Positions 31,938 to 40,863 of a stretch of DNA of 64,000 bases are shown in pieces (position 1 is the stretch's first letter; each line of letters begins with the position of its first letter). The stretch covers positions 288,001 to 352,000 of the forward strand of contig CAVZJB010000005.1 of the NCBI GenBank assembly GCA_963775425.1, read 5' to 3'. Source of the stretch: an uncultured delta proteobacterium. GTDB lineage: Bacteria > Myxococcota > UBA727 > VGSZ01. Both the position numbers and the translations under genes were made by a program. The notes below the pieces were generated by a model that saw only the letters and a list, made by a program, of their open reading frames with translations, had not been told where the DNA came from and did not search any database.

Positions 31938-33545
31938 ATGACCCCGACCGAATCCGCGCCGCCGCCTTGGCAGGGACCCAAGTCCGACAAGCATTTCCTC
32001 GGGCATCCGGTGGGACTCTTCGTCTTGTTCTTCACCGAGATGTGGGAGCGCTTCTCGTATTACGGCATGCGCGGGCTCCTGAAGCTCTACATGGTGAACT
32101 TCCTGTTCATCGGCATCCGCCAGACGCTTCAGGGCGGCGGCTACGACGCCACCGGCAACCCCGACGACGTCATCGGCTGGAGCCTCCTGCGCAAGATCGG
32201 CGAGGCCATCGGCTACCTCTCCAAGGTCGACATCACCGCGCCCGACGTCATCAAGGAGTGCATCAACCCCAAGGTCGCGCAGCTCGTCGCCGGCGACCAC
32301 CCGATGGCCGCGGACATCGCGCACAAGATCGCGGAGCAGACCTGCTCGGTCTCGCCCAACGCGTCCTCGCTGTACGGCCTCTACACCGGCCTCGTGTACC
32401 TGACGCCGCTCCTCGGCGGCCTCATCGCCGACAAGTACCTCGGCCAGAAGCGCTCCGTGTTCGTCGGCGGCATCATCATGGCCCTCGGCCAGTTCGTGCT
32501 CTTCGGCGCGCAGAACATGTTCTTCATCGGGCTGTTCCTGCTCATCATCGGCAACGGCTTCTTCAAGCCCAACATCTCCACCCAGGTGGGCAACCTCTAC
32601 CCGCCCGGCGACAGCCGCCGCGACGGCGCGTTCACCATCTTCTACATGGGCATCAACCTCGGCGCGTTCCTCTGCAACTTCGTGTGCGGCACGCTGGCGG
32701 CGCTCTACGGTTGGCGCTACGGCTTCCTCGCCGCGGGCATCGGCATGTCCACGGGCCTCGTCGTGCAGGCCTTCGGTCAGCGCTTCCTCGCGCCGGACAC
32801 GCTCCAGAAGCGCAACGCCGCGGCCGCCGCAGCCGCTGCGGAGAAGGAGAAGGGCGCGGAGGCCAAGGACAAGGACGAGCACCCGCCGTTCAGCAAGAAC
32901 GAGTGGAGCCGCATCTGGGCCCTCATCATCCTGTGCGCGCTCAACATCGTCTTCTGGGCGGTCTACGAGCAGCAGGGCAACACGATGCAGACCTGGGCCG
33001 ACGAGCAGACCAACTGGCCCGTCATCTTCGGCTTCCAGGTGCCGGCCACGTGGTTCCAGTCGGCCAACCCGTTCTTCATCTTCGTGCTCGCGCCGTTCCT
33101 CGATCGCTTCTGGTCCTGGCAGAACAAGCGCGGCAAGGAGCCGTCGTCGGTGGCCAAGATGGCCATCGGCTGCATCATCCTCGGGCTGTCCTTCATCATC
33201 ATGATCGCCGGCACGCAGTTCGTCGGCGCGGGCGTCAAGGGCTCGTGGCTGTGGCCGGTCTCGTGCGTGCTCGCGCTGACCATCGGCGAGCTCTACCTGT
33301 CGCCCGTGGGCCTGTCGCTCGTGACCAAGGTGAGCCCCATCCGCATCGTCAGCATGATGATGGGCATGTGGTTCCTCTCGAGCTTCTTCGGCAACCTGCT
33401 CTCGGGGCAGATCGGCCGCCTCTACACCACGTGGTCGCACGAGGCGTTCTTCAGCCTGCTCTTGGTGCTCGGCGTCGCCGCCGGCATCGCCATCTGGCTG
33501 TTCAACAAGCCGCTCAAGAAAGCCATGGGCTCGCACGCGTCATAG
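31938..33545 (+). CDS. proton-dependent oligopeptide transporter (POT/PTR2)
   Basis: GHPVGL..LFFTEMWERFSYYGM (ExxERF), GNGFFKPNIS, FYMGINLG, FQSANP and GELYLSPVG. Confidence 0.95.
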   Translation: MTPTESAPPPWQGPKSDKHFLGHPVGLFVLFFTEMWERFSYYGMRGLLKLYMVNFLFIGIRQTLQGGGYDATGNPDDVIGWSLLRKIGEAIGYLSKVDITAPDVIKECINPKVAQLVAGDHPMAADIAHKIAEQTCSVSPNASSLYGLYTGLVYLTPLLGGLIADKYLGQKRSVFVGGIIMALGQFVLFGAQNMFFIGLFLLIIGNGFFKPNISTQVGNLYPPGDSRRDGAFTIFYMGINLGAFLCNFVCGTLAALYGWRYGFLAAGIGMSTGLVVQAFGQRFLAPDTLQKRNAAAAAAAAEKEKGAEAKDKDEHPPFSKNEWSRIWALIILCALNIVFWAVYEQQGNTMQTWADEQTNWPVIFGFQVPATWFQSANPFFIFVLAPFLDRFWSWQNKRGKEPSSVAKMAIGCIILGLSFIIMIAGTQFVGAGVKGSWLWPVSCVLALTIGELYLSPVGLSLVTKVSPIRIVSMMMGMWFLSSFFGNLLSGQIGRLYTTWSHEAFFSLLLVLGVAAGIAIWLFNKPLKKAMGSHAS

Positions 33546-33604
33546 CGGCGCGGGCACGAACGAGGCGACGAGACGCCAGGGAACGCGTTACCGTGGCCCG
33601 GGGG

Positions 33605-34492
33605 GTGGCGTTGGACAGCATCGACCTGGGAGCCGCGAGCATCGACGAGCGCTTGGCGCTGGTGGGCTTCGGCGCGGACGACGTCGCGCGCCTCGCCGCA
33701 TCGCGTCGGGTGCTCGAGGACAACGCCGAGATGCTCGCCGGCGTCTTCTTCGCGCACCTCGAGCCGCTCGACGAGGCGCGCGGCCTCTTCGCCGACCGCG
33801 GCGTCCTCGGCGAGGCCCGGCGGCTGAAGCGCGAGCACATCGCGGCCATGGCGTCAGGCGCCTACGGCACCGCCTACGCCGAAGAGCGCGCGCGGCTCGG
33901 CGCGCTCTACGGCCACACGGCTCTCCCCGCGCGCCTGTTCCTCGGCGCCTTCAGCCGGATGATCACGCGCGCGGCGCTGCTGTTGCCGGGGGACGCCGTG
34001 GCGTCGCTCTCGAGGCTCGCCGTCTTCGACGTCGGCATCATCGTGGACGTCCTCATCGCCGCGCGCGAGGAGATCATCCGGAGCCAGGCGGTGGCGCTGC
34101 GCGAGCTGTCGACGCCGGTGCTGCAGGTGCGGCCGGGGCTTCTGGTGGCTCCAGTCATCGGCGCCGTCGACAACAGCCGCGCGATGCAGCTCACCGAGAA
34201 CCTGCTCGCGGCCATCCGCTCCCGGCGGGCGCGCGCCGTGGTCATCGACGTCACCGGCGTCGCGGTCGTCGACACCCGGGTGGCCAATCACCTCTTGCAG
34301 ATGGTGTCGGCGGCGCGCTTGATGGGCGCGTCGGTCATCGTCACGGGCATCGCGCCGGTGGTCGCGCATTCGCTCATCGTGCTCGGCGTCGACGTGGACG
34401 GCCTGCACGCCGTCGGGGACCTCGAGGGCGGCATCGAGGCGGCGGAGGTCCTCCTGGCCGCGCCGGGGATGTGGCCGCCGGCGCGCGCGTGA
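33605..34492 (+). CDS. RsbR-like protoglobin-STAS protein
   Basis: N-terminal globin-coupled-sensor-like domain (RLALVGFGADD...FFAHL...RLKREH...YAEER..LG); STAS ELSTPVL, PVIGAVD..RA, DVTGVAVVDT and LMGA.VIVTGI. Confidence 0.85.
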   Translation: MALDSIDLGAASIDERLALVGFGADDVARLAASRRVLEDNAEMLAGVFFAHLEPLDEARGLFADRGVLGEARRLKREHIAAMASGAYGTAYAEERARLGALYGHTALPARLFLGAFSRMITRAALLLPGDAVASLSRLAVFDVGIIVDVLIAAREEIIRSQAVALRELSTPVLQVRPGLLVAPVIGAVDNSRAMQLTENLLAAIRSRRARAVVIDVTGVAVVDTRVANHLLQMVSAARLMGASVIVTGIAPVVAHSLIVLGVDVDGLHAVGDLEGGIEAAEVLLAAPGMWPPARA

Positions 34493-34535
34493 CGCCTCGG
34501 ACGCCGTGAGCGCGCACCGCCGCGCGCGGCTCGTG

Positions 34536-35150
34536 TCATGCGGCCACGGCGGCCCCGCGGCGGACGGTGGCCACGATCGGCAGCGTGTCGAGGCGGCTGG
34601 TCTCGAGCTCCACGACGGACATGCCGCTGTCTGCGATGAGCGCCGGCGCGTCGCGGTCGAGGTGGCAGCCGCCGGAGACCGCCCCCCACAAGGGGTTCAG
34701 GCGCCTCTGCCAGCGAAGCACGCGGGCGTCGTCCGAGGCGACGTGCTCGAGGAACAGGAGACGGCCGCCGGACGCGAGCACCCGGCGCGCCTCCTGAAGA
34801 GCGCGGTCGACGTCGCGGATGGAGCAGAGCGTGAACGTGCTGACGACGGTGTCGAACGACGCGTCTTCGAAGGGGAGGGCGTCGCCCGAGAGCACCGCGT
34901 GGCGCGCCTCTCGCCCGGCGGCGGCGAGGCGACGGAGCGCGAGGTCGCTCATGCCGGGGTTGTGGTCGACGACGACGAGCTCGTCGACGGTGGACGGGTA
35001 GTGGCGCGCGTTGAGGCCGGTGCCGAAGCCGAGCTCGAGCACGCGCCCGCGCGCGCCGGCGAGGGTGGCGGCGCGCAGCGCGTTGATCTCGTCGCCGCGC
35101 AGGCTGTAGTCCAGGGCGCGCGGCAGGATCGTTCGCTCGTACAAGCCCAT
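34536..35150 (-). CDS. class I SAM-dependent methyltransferase
   Basis: VLELGFGTG, LPFEDASFDTVV, FTLCSI, LFLEH and GGCHLDR. Confidence 0.9.
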   Translation of the reverse strand: MGLYERTILPRALDYSLRGDEINALRAATLAGARGRVLELGFGTGLNARHYPSTVDELVVVDHNPGMSDLALRRLAAAGREARHAVLSGDALPFEDASFDTVVSTFTLCSIRDVDRALQEARRVLASGGRLLFLEHVASDDARVLRWQRRLNPLWGAVSGGCHLDRDAPALIADSGMSVVELETSRLDTLPIVATVRRGAAVAA

Positions 35151-35255
35151 CGCGCATCGTAGGCACTCGCCGCGCGGCGCGCAGGCGTGCAAGAGCCCAC
35201 CGGCGAAGGGCGCCGCCCCGGATCCGCGACGAGGGCTGGCCCGATGGACGCTACG

Positions 35256-35361
35256 GCCACACGGCGGAGCGGAAAGGAGCTCCGAGCTCGGCGACGAAGA
35301 CGCGCGCCGAGTTGAGCGCCGGGGCGCCGAGCTCTCCGCTCCTTTCCGCTCCGGCGGTGGC
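35256..35361. repeat. long imperfect intergenic inverted repeat (hairpin)
   Basis: GGAGCGGAAAGGAGC (35266-80) pairs with GCTCCTTTCCGCTCC (35338-52); GAGCTCGGCG (35284-93) with CGCCGAGCTC (35325-34); outer GCCAC/GTGGC. Confidence 0.8.
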
Positions 35362-35502
35362 GACGTTGTCTAGAGCCTTCGCGAAGCTCACCGCCTGAAG
35401 TCCGCGCCGACGTGCCTCGCCACGAACTCCGCGCGGCGAGCCACCTTGTGGGCGGCTTCGCCGAGTGCTGCTACGAGCCTTGTTTTTCGTCAGCCGTTCA
35501 GC

Positions 35503-36165
35503 TCATTGGCCGAGCGCGTTGATGTCGACGCTGTCGAGGATCTTCTTGTGCGCGCCGTCCCTCGCGACGGCGATCATGGCGCGGCCGAGGACCTCGCTCG
35601 TGGTCACGGCGTTGGGCGCCAACCGGCGCAGCAGCGGATAGAGCGGCGCGCCCACGGCGTAGACCACGCGGTACAGCGGCGTCGATGACACCACGCCTTT
35701 CACCGGCTGGATGTAGCCGGGCCGGAACATCGCCGCGCGCTCGAACATGGCGAGCAGATCGTTCTCGGTCTTGCCCTTCACCCGCGCCCACATCGAGCGG
35801 CCCTCCTCGGTGCTGTCGGTGCCGGCGCCGGAGACGTAGCAGAACATGATGTCCGGGTTCGACGCCTTCAGGGTGCGCGCGGCGGCGAGCGTGATGTCGT
35901 AGGTGACCCTGCGGTACGCGTCCTCCTTCATCCCTGCCGAGGAGACGCCAAGGCAGAAGAAGCACGCGTCGAGGTGGCCCATGCTGTCAGAGACGGCGCC
36001 GAAGTCGGTGAAGTCGCCGTGGACAATCTCTTCGAGCTTTTCGTGCGCGGCCCCGCTCGGCCGGCGCACGAGGCTCACGACGCGCTCGATGCCGGGGTCG
36101 GCCAGGCACTCGATGAGCACCCCGCGCCCCACCATCCCCGTGGCGCCGAAGAGGACGACGTTCAC
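35503..36165 (-). CDS. NAD(P)-binding epimerase-like / atypical SDR protein
   Basis: VVLFGATGMVGRGVL Rossmann motif; DACFFCLGVSS, YVSGAGTD and WARVKGKTEN. Confidence 0.88.
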   Translation of the reverse strand: MNVVLFGATGMVGRGVLIECLADPGIERVVSLVRRPSGAAHEKLEEIVHGDFTDFGAVSDSMGHLDACFFCLGVSSAGMKEDAYRRVTYDITLAAARTLKASNPDIMFCYVSGAGTDSTEEGRSMWARVKGKTENDLLAMFERAAMFRPGYIQPVKGVVSSTPLYRVVYAVGAPLYPLLRRLAPNAVTTSEVLGRAMIAVARDGAHKKILDSVDINALGQ

Positions 36166-36202
36166 GTCGCGCCCTTGGCCAGCTCCGCTGCGCCGCGCAC
36201 GC

Positions 36203-37459
36203 TCACTCCTTGGCGCGCGCGGCGATGAGGGCGTGGCGGGCGTCGGTCTCGCTGACGCGGACCTCGTCGACGCCGAGGCCGTCGAGGATGCGCAGGAGCA
36301 GCGACGCCGATGCCGGCAGCTTCTTGCCGTAGTCGAGCGCGCCCGCGGCGGTGTCGACGCCGAGCGCCTTCTGCGTGGTGGCATCCTTGCCGCTCTGCAC
36401 GAGGGGGATGCGCGCGTCGTACGGCAGGACGATGATCTCCTTGCGCAGCGCATCGATGTCGGCGCGGGTGATGACGTCCCTGTTGAAGTGCGCGCGCAGG
36501 AACTTGGAGACGCCGCCGGTGGCGACGAGCGTGCGCCCCGACAGGAGCGCGGCGTCCAGCGGCAGGGGCGCGTTGTGCGCGAGCCACTTGTCGACGGCGG
36601 CGAAGTCGGCGACGTGGCCCGCGCCGAGCGTCGGGGCGTCCTTGCCCGCGGCGGGCGCGAGCAGGGTGTCGAGGATGATGTTGCTGCCCACCTGCGTGGA
36701 GCCGCCGTCCTCCACGCCCTTCTCGGTGCCGACGGCGAGCTGGAAGCTGCCGCCGCCGAGGTCGAGGGTGGCGTAGCGCCCGGGGGCGCCGTTCATCATG
36801 ACGAGCGCGCCGCGGAAGCCCATGCCCGCCTCGTCGTCGCCGGCCAACACCTTGACGCGCGCGAGGCCGAGCTCCCGGATGGCGCGCACGAGGTCGTCGC
36901 CGTTGGTGGAGTTGCGCACGACGGCCGTGGTGATCATCGGGATGTCGGCGGCCTTGACGCCGAGCTTGGCGGCGTCGTCGATGAACTGCGCGAGCGCCTT
37001 GAGCGCGCGCTGCTGGTTGGCGTCGGGGATGGCCTCGCCGTTGTTGACGCCCTTGCCGAGCGCTGCGCCGATCTTCTCGTCGAGGACGGTGCGCATCTTG
37101 CCGTCTGCGCCGAGGCGCGCGACGAGCATCTTGGCGCTGGAGCTGCCGAGGTCGATGGCGGCGAACACCTGCTGGGCGCTCCGCTGTCCGAGGCGCAGCG
37201 CCGCGGTCTTGCCCGCGCGCTTGTCGACGGGGACCTCGGGGGCCGGCTGGAGCGCGATGCGCTGGCCGAGCTTCTCGAACGTGCGCCGGGCGATGTCCTT
37301 GGGCTTGAGGTGGACGAGCTTGGCCGTCGTGTCGCTCGCGCCGCCGGCCTTCGCCGTCTTCTGTTCGCCCGCGCCTTCCTTCCTGGCCCGCGCCGAGACC
37401 TTCTTGAGGCCGCCCTGAAGGGGGGCGCGTCGTCGGCGGGGGCGGATGGAGTCGGTCAC
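36203..37459 (-). CDS. divergent Ppx/GppA-like (ASKHA) phosphatase with a ~95-aa basic N-terminal extension
   Basis: AAIDLGSSS, ITTAVVRNSTNG, LAGDDEA, LDLGGGSFQL and ATGG; no HD domain. Confidence 0.78.
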   Translation of the reverse strand: MTDSIRPRRRRAPLQGGLKKVSARARKEGAGEQKTAKAGGASDTTAKLVHLKPKDIARRTFEKLGQRIALQPAPEVPVDKRAGKTAALRLGQRSAQQVFAAIDLGSSSAKMLVARLGADGKMRTVLDEKIGAALGKGVNNGEAIPDANQQRALKALAQFIDDAAKLGVKAADIPMITTAVVRNSTNGDDLVRAIRELGLARVKVLAGDDEAGMGFRGALVMMNGAPGRYATLDLGGGSFQLAVGTEKGVEDGGSTQVGSNIILDTLLAPAAGKDAPTLGAGHVADFAAVDKWLAHNAPLPLDAALLSGRTLVATGGVSKFLRAHFNRDVITRADIDALRKEIIVLPYDARIPLVQSGKDATTQKALGVDTAAGALDYGKKLPASASLLLRILDGLGVDEVRVSETDARHALIAARAKE

Positions 37460-38214
37460 TCGAGCCTGTCTCCGCGAAGCGCGGCGAAGAAGCGTCGAGC
37501 TTTGCCCGGTGAGACGCGTCCGACAACCCCGGCCCGGGCGTAGAGATCCGCGAACGCGGCGGCCGCGTCGGCGGGGACGACGTCGTCGGGGACCTCCATC
37601 TCCACCTCGTGGTGCACCTGATCGCCCGGGAAGCGCGTGCGATCGAGCTCGAGGACGGCGCGAAACGTCGTGTTGCCGTGGGACAGCTCGACGGGGATGC
37701 GCGTGCGCTCGTTTTCGAACGCACCGAGGAGCTGCACCGGTCGGCCGCCGAGCGCCTTCCTGAGCGCGCCGACGAGGGCGCGCCGCGTCGACGACAGGGG
37801 CCCGCCGCGCTCGTCCTCGAGGAGCGCGATGGGGTCGGCGCCGGCGCGCACGGCGGCGTCGTCGTCGTCGCCGATCTCGACCTCCTCCTCGCGCACCGAG
37901 GTGAGGCTCCCCTGGCGCGTGCCGGGCCCCTTGGCCGTGACGAAGGTGCGGCCGGGGACGTCGCCGCCGCCGCCGCGAGCGTTGCGCGCGGACGCGGGCG
38001 TCTCACGGCGCACGCGCACGATGAGGCCCTGGGCGCCGAGGGCGCGATCGGGCGTGTCATAGAACGCGTTTCTCTGCAGGATCGTGGGCTCCGGTGTGCC
38101 GCCGCTGGCGGCGGCGATCTTCATCAGACCCGCGAGGTCGTCGACGCGCAGCTTGAGCTCGGTCTCGCGTCCGCTCCCCGCGGAGGTCGCGCCGCGCTTG
38201 CCGGCGTCACTCAC
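37456..38214 (-). CDS. CYTH-domain triphosphate tunnel metalloenzyme
   Basis: ETELK (ExExK), Q.N.FYDTPD..L, RVRRE, TAKGP, FENER, LELD and EVEME. Confidence 0.88.
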   Translation of the reverse strand: MSDAGKRGATSAGSGRETELKLRVDDLAGLMKIAAASGGTPEPTILQRNAFYDTPDRALGAQGLIVRVRRETPASARNARGGGGDVPGRTFVTAKGPGTRQGSLTSVREEEVEIGDDDDAAVRAGADPIALLEDERGGPLSSTRRALVGALRKALGGRPVQLLGAFENERTRIPVELSHGNTTFRAVLELDRTRFPGDQVHHEVEMEVPDDVVPADAAAAFADLYARAGVVGRVSPGKARRFFAALRGDRLE

Positions 38215-38845
38215 GACGCACCTCGCCCGGCACGATGACGAGCACGGCGCCCTCGCCGTCGCCGGCACCGTCGTCGTCCTCGAGCGCCCCGGCCCTGGCG
38301 AGCCCGGCCTCGATGAAGCCGCGCAGGTTGCCGAGGGCGAACTGCACGCGATCGCTCGGCGCCGCTCGGCCCGCGTCGACGACGACGCCCGGCGCCGGCG
38401 CCGCCGGCGCGCTCTTGTGTCCGGGCAGGAAGCCCTTGATGTAGCCGCCGCCTTGCCGGCGCACGCGGTCCGGCCGCTTGCCCCGCGGCAGCGACGACGA
38501 CTCCGCGCCGATCTCGCGCGCCGCCTTCCTCTGCGGCCCCGCGCCGGGCGTCAAGGCGCGCACGAGCGCACGCAGCGCTGCGGTGGTGCCGCGCACGCTG
38601 ACGTCCTCACCACCCGTGGTCTTCTGCCGCTTGAGCTTGTCGAGCGCGCTGAGCTCGGTCTTCTGCTTGCCTGCGAGGAGCGCGTCGAGCTCGGTGTCGC
38701 TGGCGACGACGACGACGTCGCCGGCGTCGGGCGCGAGCGCCAGGATGCCTTCGTAGCCCGCCGCCGCCGCGGCCGGCACGAGGGCGCCCGCGAAGAACGC
38801 GGCGTCGTAGCGGGGAACGTCGATGAGTGGGCGAAGCGTGGGCAT
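38207..38845 (-). CDS. hypothetical protein
   Basis: GC3-biased 212-aa ORF overlapping the CYTH start by 8 nt. Confidence 0.65.
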   Translation of the reverse strand: MPTLRPLIDVPRYDAAFFAGALVPAAAAAGYEGILALAPDAGDVVVVASDTELDALLAGKQKTELSALDKLKRQKTTGGEDVSVRGTTAALRALVRALTPGAGPQRKAAREIGAESSSLPRGKRPDRVRRQGGGYIKGFLPGHKSAPAAPAPGVVVDAGRAAPSDRVQFALGNLRGFIEAGLARAGALEDDDGAGDGEGAVLVIVPGEVRRE

Positions 38846-38915
38846 GGCGTGGCCGGATCCTCGCGTGCGCCGGCGTCGGCGACAAGGACCCGGCTCACGC
38901 GCCTGGGAGTCAGGC

Positions 38916-39866
38916 TCAGAAGTCCTGATACGGGTACGGCGAGGGCGACACGTGGTGGCGCTCGAGGTCTTCGCTCTCGTGCTCCGTGTCCCAGCGGACC
39001 TCGGGGTGGGCCTGCTGGTACTTCTCGGCGGACTGGATCGCCTTGTCGACGTCGAAGAAGCCCTCGCCGACGTGGATGCGGTACTGGCGCGCCTCGACGT
39101 AGCCGCCGACGCCGGCGCTGCCGGTGGGCCACGCCTCGAGCGTGACCTGGCCCTTGGTGCCGTCGGGGAGCTCGATGGGCAGGCGCGTGGCGAGCTCGAT
39201 CTTGTCGGGGTTGTTCCGCTGGATGCCGCTCTGGTCGATGGTCTTGCCGTCGGGGAGGCGGATGCGGACGTTGTACGTGTTGGTGGAGGCGAACTGCTTG
39301 CGCAGGGCGTCGTTGCCGTACGAGGCCAACCGCTGCAGCTCGTAGTCGTCGCTGTCGAGGCTGGCGCGTTGCATCTTGTCGAACGTGGCGCGCGGCAGGT
39401 CGACGCTCTTGCCGTCGAGCGTGATGGTCACGCTCTGCTTGGTCTTTTGGTAGTCGCTCTGGAGCTCGCGCGTGGCGGCGTCGCACGCGGTGCGCAGCGC
39501 CTGGAACTTCTTGACCTCGTCGTTGGTGCGCCAGCCGACGCGCGCGAATTCGTGCTCGGCCCAGCCGGTGACGCGATCGCTCATGCCGCCCTGGGCGTGG
39601 CCCGAGATGTTGATGCACAGCGTGCCGCGCAGCGGACCCTTGGGCGCCGACTTGATGTTCATCTCCTTGGGGAGGTTCGTGTGGTACGCGAACGCGAACG
39701 CGTCGAAGCTGACGCCTGCCTGCGGCAGGAACAGGATGGACGAGGCGCCGCCGCCGTTGGCGCGCCGCGCGAGGTCGGCGAGCGTGCGTCCCACGTTGAG
39801 GTTCTCCTGGAAGGGACCCGTGGGCTGCAAACGATTGACGCTTCCGCCGCGAACTTGACCGACCAT
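38916..39866 (-). CDS. hypothetical protein
   Basis: GGAGG RBS; 316 aa with normal composition; no signal peptide; C-terminal LEAWPTGSAGVGGYVEAR segment. Confidence 0.8.
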   Translation of the reverse strand: MVGQVRGGSVNRLQPTGPFQENLNVGRTLADLARRANGGGASSILFLPQAGVSFDAFAFAYHTNLPKEMNIKSAPKGPLRGTLCINISGHAQGGMSDRVTGWAEHEFARVGWRTNDEVKKFQALRTACDAATRELQSDYQKTKQSVTITLDGKSVDLPRATFDKMQRASLDSDDYELQRLASYGNDALRKQFASTNTYNVRIRLPDGKTIDQSGIQRNNPDKIELATRLPIELPDGTKGQVTLEAWPTGSAGVGGYVEARQYRIHVGEGFFDVDKAIQSAEKYQQAHPEVRWDTEHESEDLERHHVSPSPYPYQDF

Positions 39867-39933
39867 CTCTGCCTCCGAAGCGGGGGCGAGCCCCCACCCT
39901 ACGTGCCACGCGCTCAGCGAGCCCGCGTTCCTT

Positions 39934-40863
39934 CTATGTCGATGGGCCCAACTTTGTCTCGAGCGCCGTGCGCACCCCATCGAAGAAATTCGCCACCGCC
40001 TGACGCGCAGCGGGGTCCCGGGCGTTTGGGACGCCGAGCAGGTCCCGCCAGCGCGGCAGATCCGGCATCACGTGGACGTGGAGCTGGCGCACCGTGACGT
40101 CCTGCGGCGGGTTCACCCAGATGCCCGCCGGGGGGGTCTTGTGCGCGGCGTTGAGCGCGTCGGAGACGTGCGCCGAGAGCAGGGCGAGCTCGTCGAGGAG
40201 GGGCTTTTGCGCGTCGACGGGCAGCATGAGCGGCTGCTTGGGCACCACGAGGGCCTTCGGCGACGGCGCGAAGAGGTCGACCAGCACCATGGCCTGCGGC
40301 GACTCCCACAGCACCATCTCCCGCGCCCGCGCCTGCGGGTCCTTCTGCGCGATGGGGGTGAACGGATCGCGGCGCGTGTTGATGCGCGGGCGCTCCTCCG
40401 AGATCACCTTTTGCACGGTGCGCTCGGCGTTCTTCTGCATGTCCGCGTGGTACGTGAGCACGAGCTGGTGCAGCCGCGCCGCGTTTTGATCGAAGAAGTC
40501 GTCGACGACCTGCTCGCGCTCGTCGTCGTCGAGGGGCGAGCCCTTCTGCATCTCGGCGCGGTCGAGCGCGATCTCGACGTCGCCCCACATCTCCTGGCGC
40601 GCGGCGTCCTTGGCCGCGCTCTCGAGCAGCGCCTTGCGCCAGTCGCCGACGAGGTCGGGCACCTGGGTCTTCGTCGGACCCGCCGACGCGAGCGCCGAGG
40701 TCCGCAGGCGCGTGTCCGCCGCGGTGGTGACCACCTTGTCCTCGAGCGCGTCGACGGCGCCGCCGCGGCCCGCACCGCCGCCGCCGCCCACCGCCGTGGC
40801 GCTTCGTTGGGGGTCGACGTTGACGCGCCTGAAGTGCTGCTGTCTTCCGATGACCGGCATCAT
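39934..40863 (-). CDS. HIT-family nucleotide hydrolase with a long N-terminal extension
   Basis: DPFTPIA...VLWE...MVLVD.FAPSP.KALVVPK...VTVRQLHVHVMP; ATGA overlap with the upstream gene. Confidence 0.8.
   Translation of the reverse strand: MMPVIGRQQHFRRVNVDPQRSATAVGGGGGAGRGGAVDALEDKVVTTAADTRLRTSALASAGPTKTQVPDLVGDWRKALLESAAKDAARQEMWGDVEIALDRAEMQKGSPLDDDEREQVVDDFFDQNAARLHQLVLTYHADMQKNAERTVQKVISEERPRINTRRDPFTPIAQKDPQARAREMVLWESPQAMVLVDLFAPSPKALVVPKQPLMLPVDAQKPLLDELALLSAHVSDALNAAHKTPPAGIWVNPPQDVTVRQLHVHVMPDLPRWRDLLGVPNARDPAARQAVANFFDGVRTALETKLGPST

Noticed and set aside
31892-34492. 866-aa ORF suggesting a large fusion with the STAS domain
   Set aside because: The upstream part is an off-frame overlap of the POT transporter; the real gene starts at about 33605
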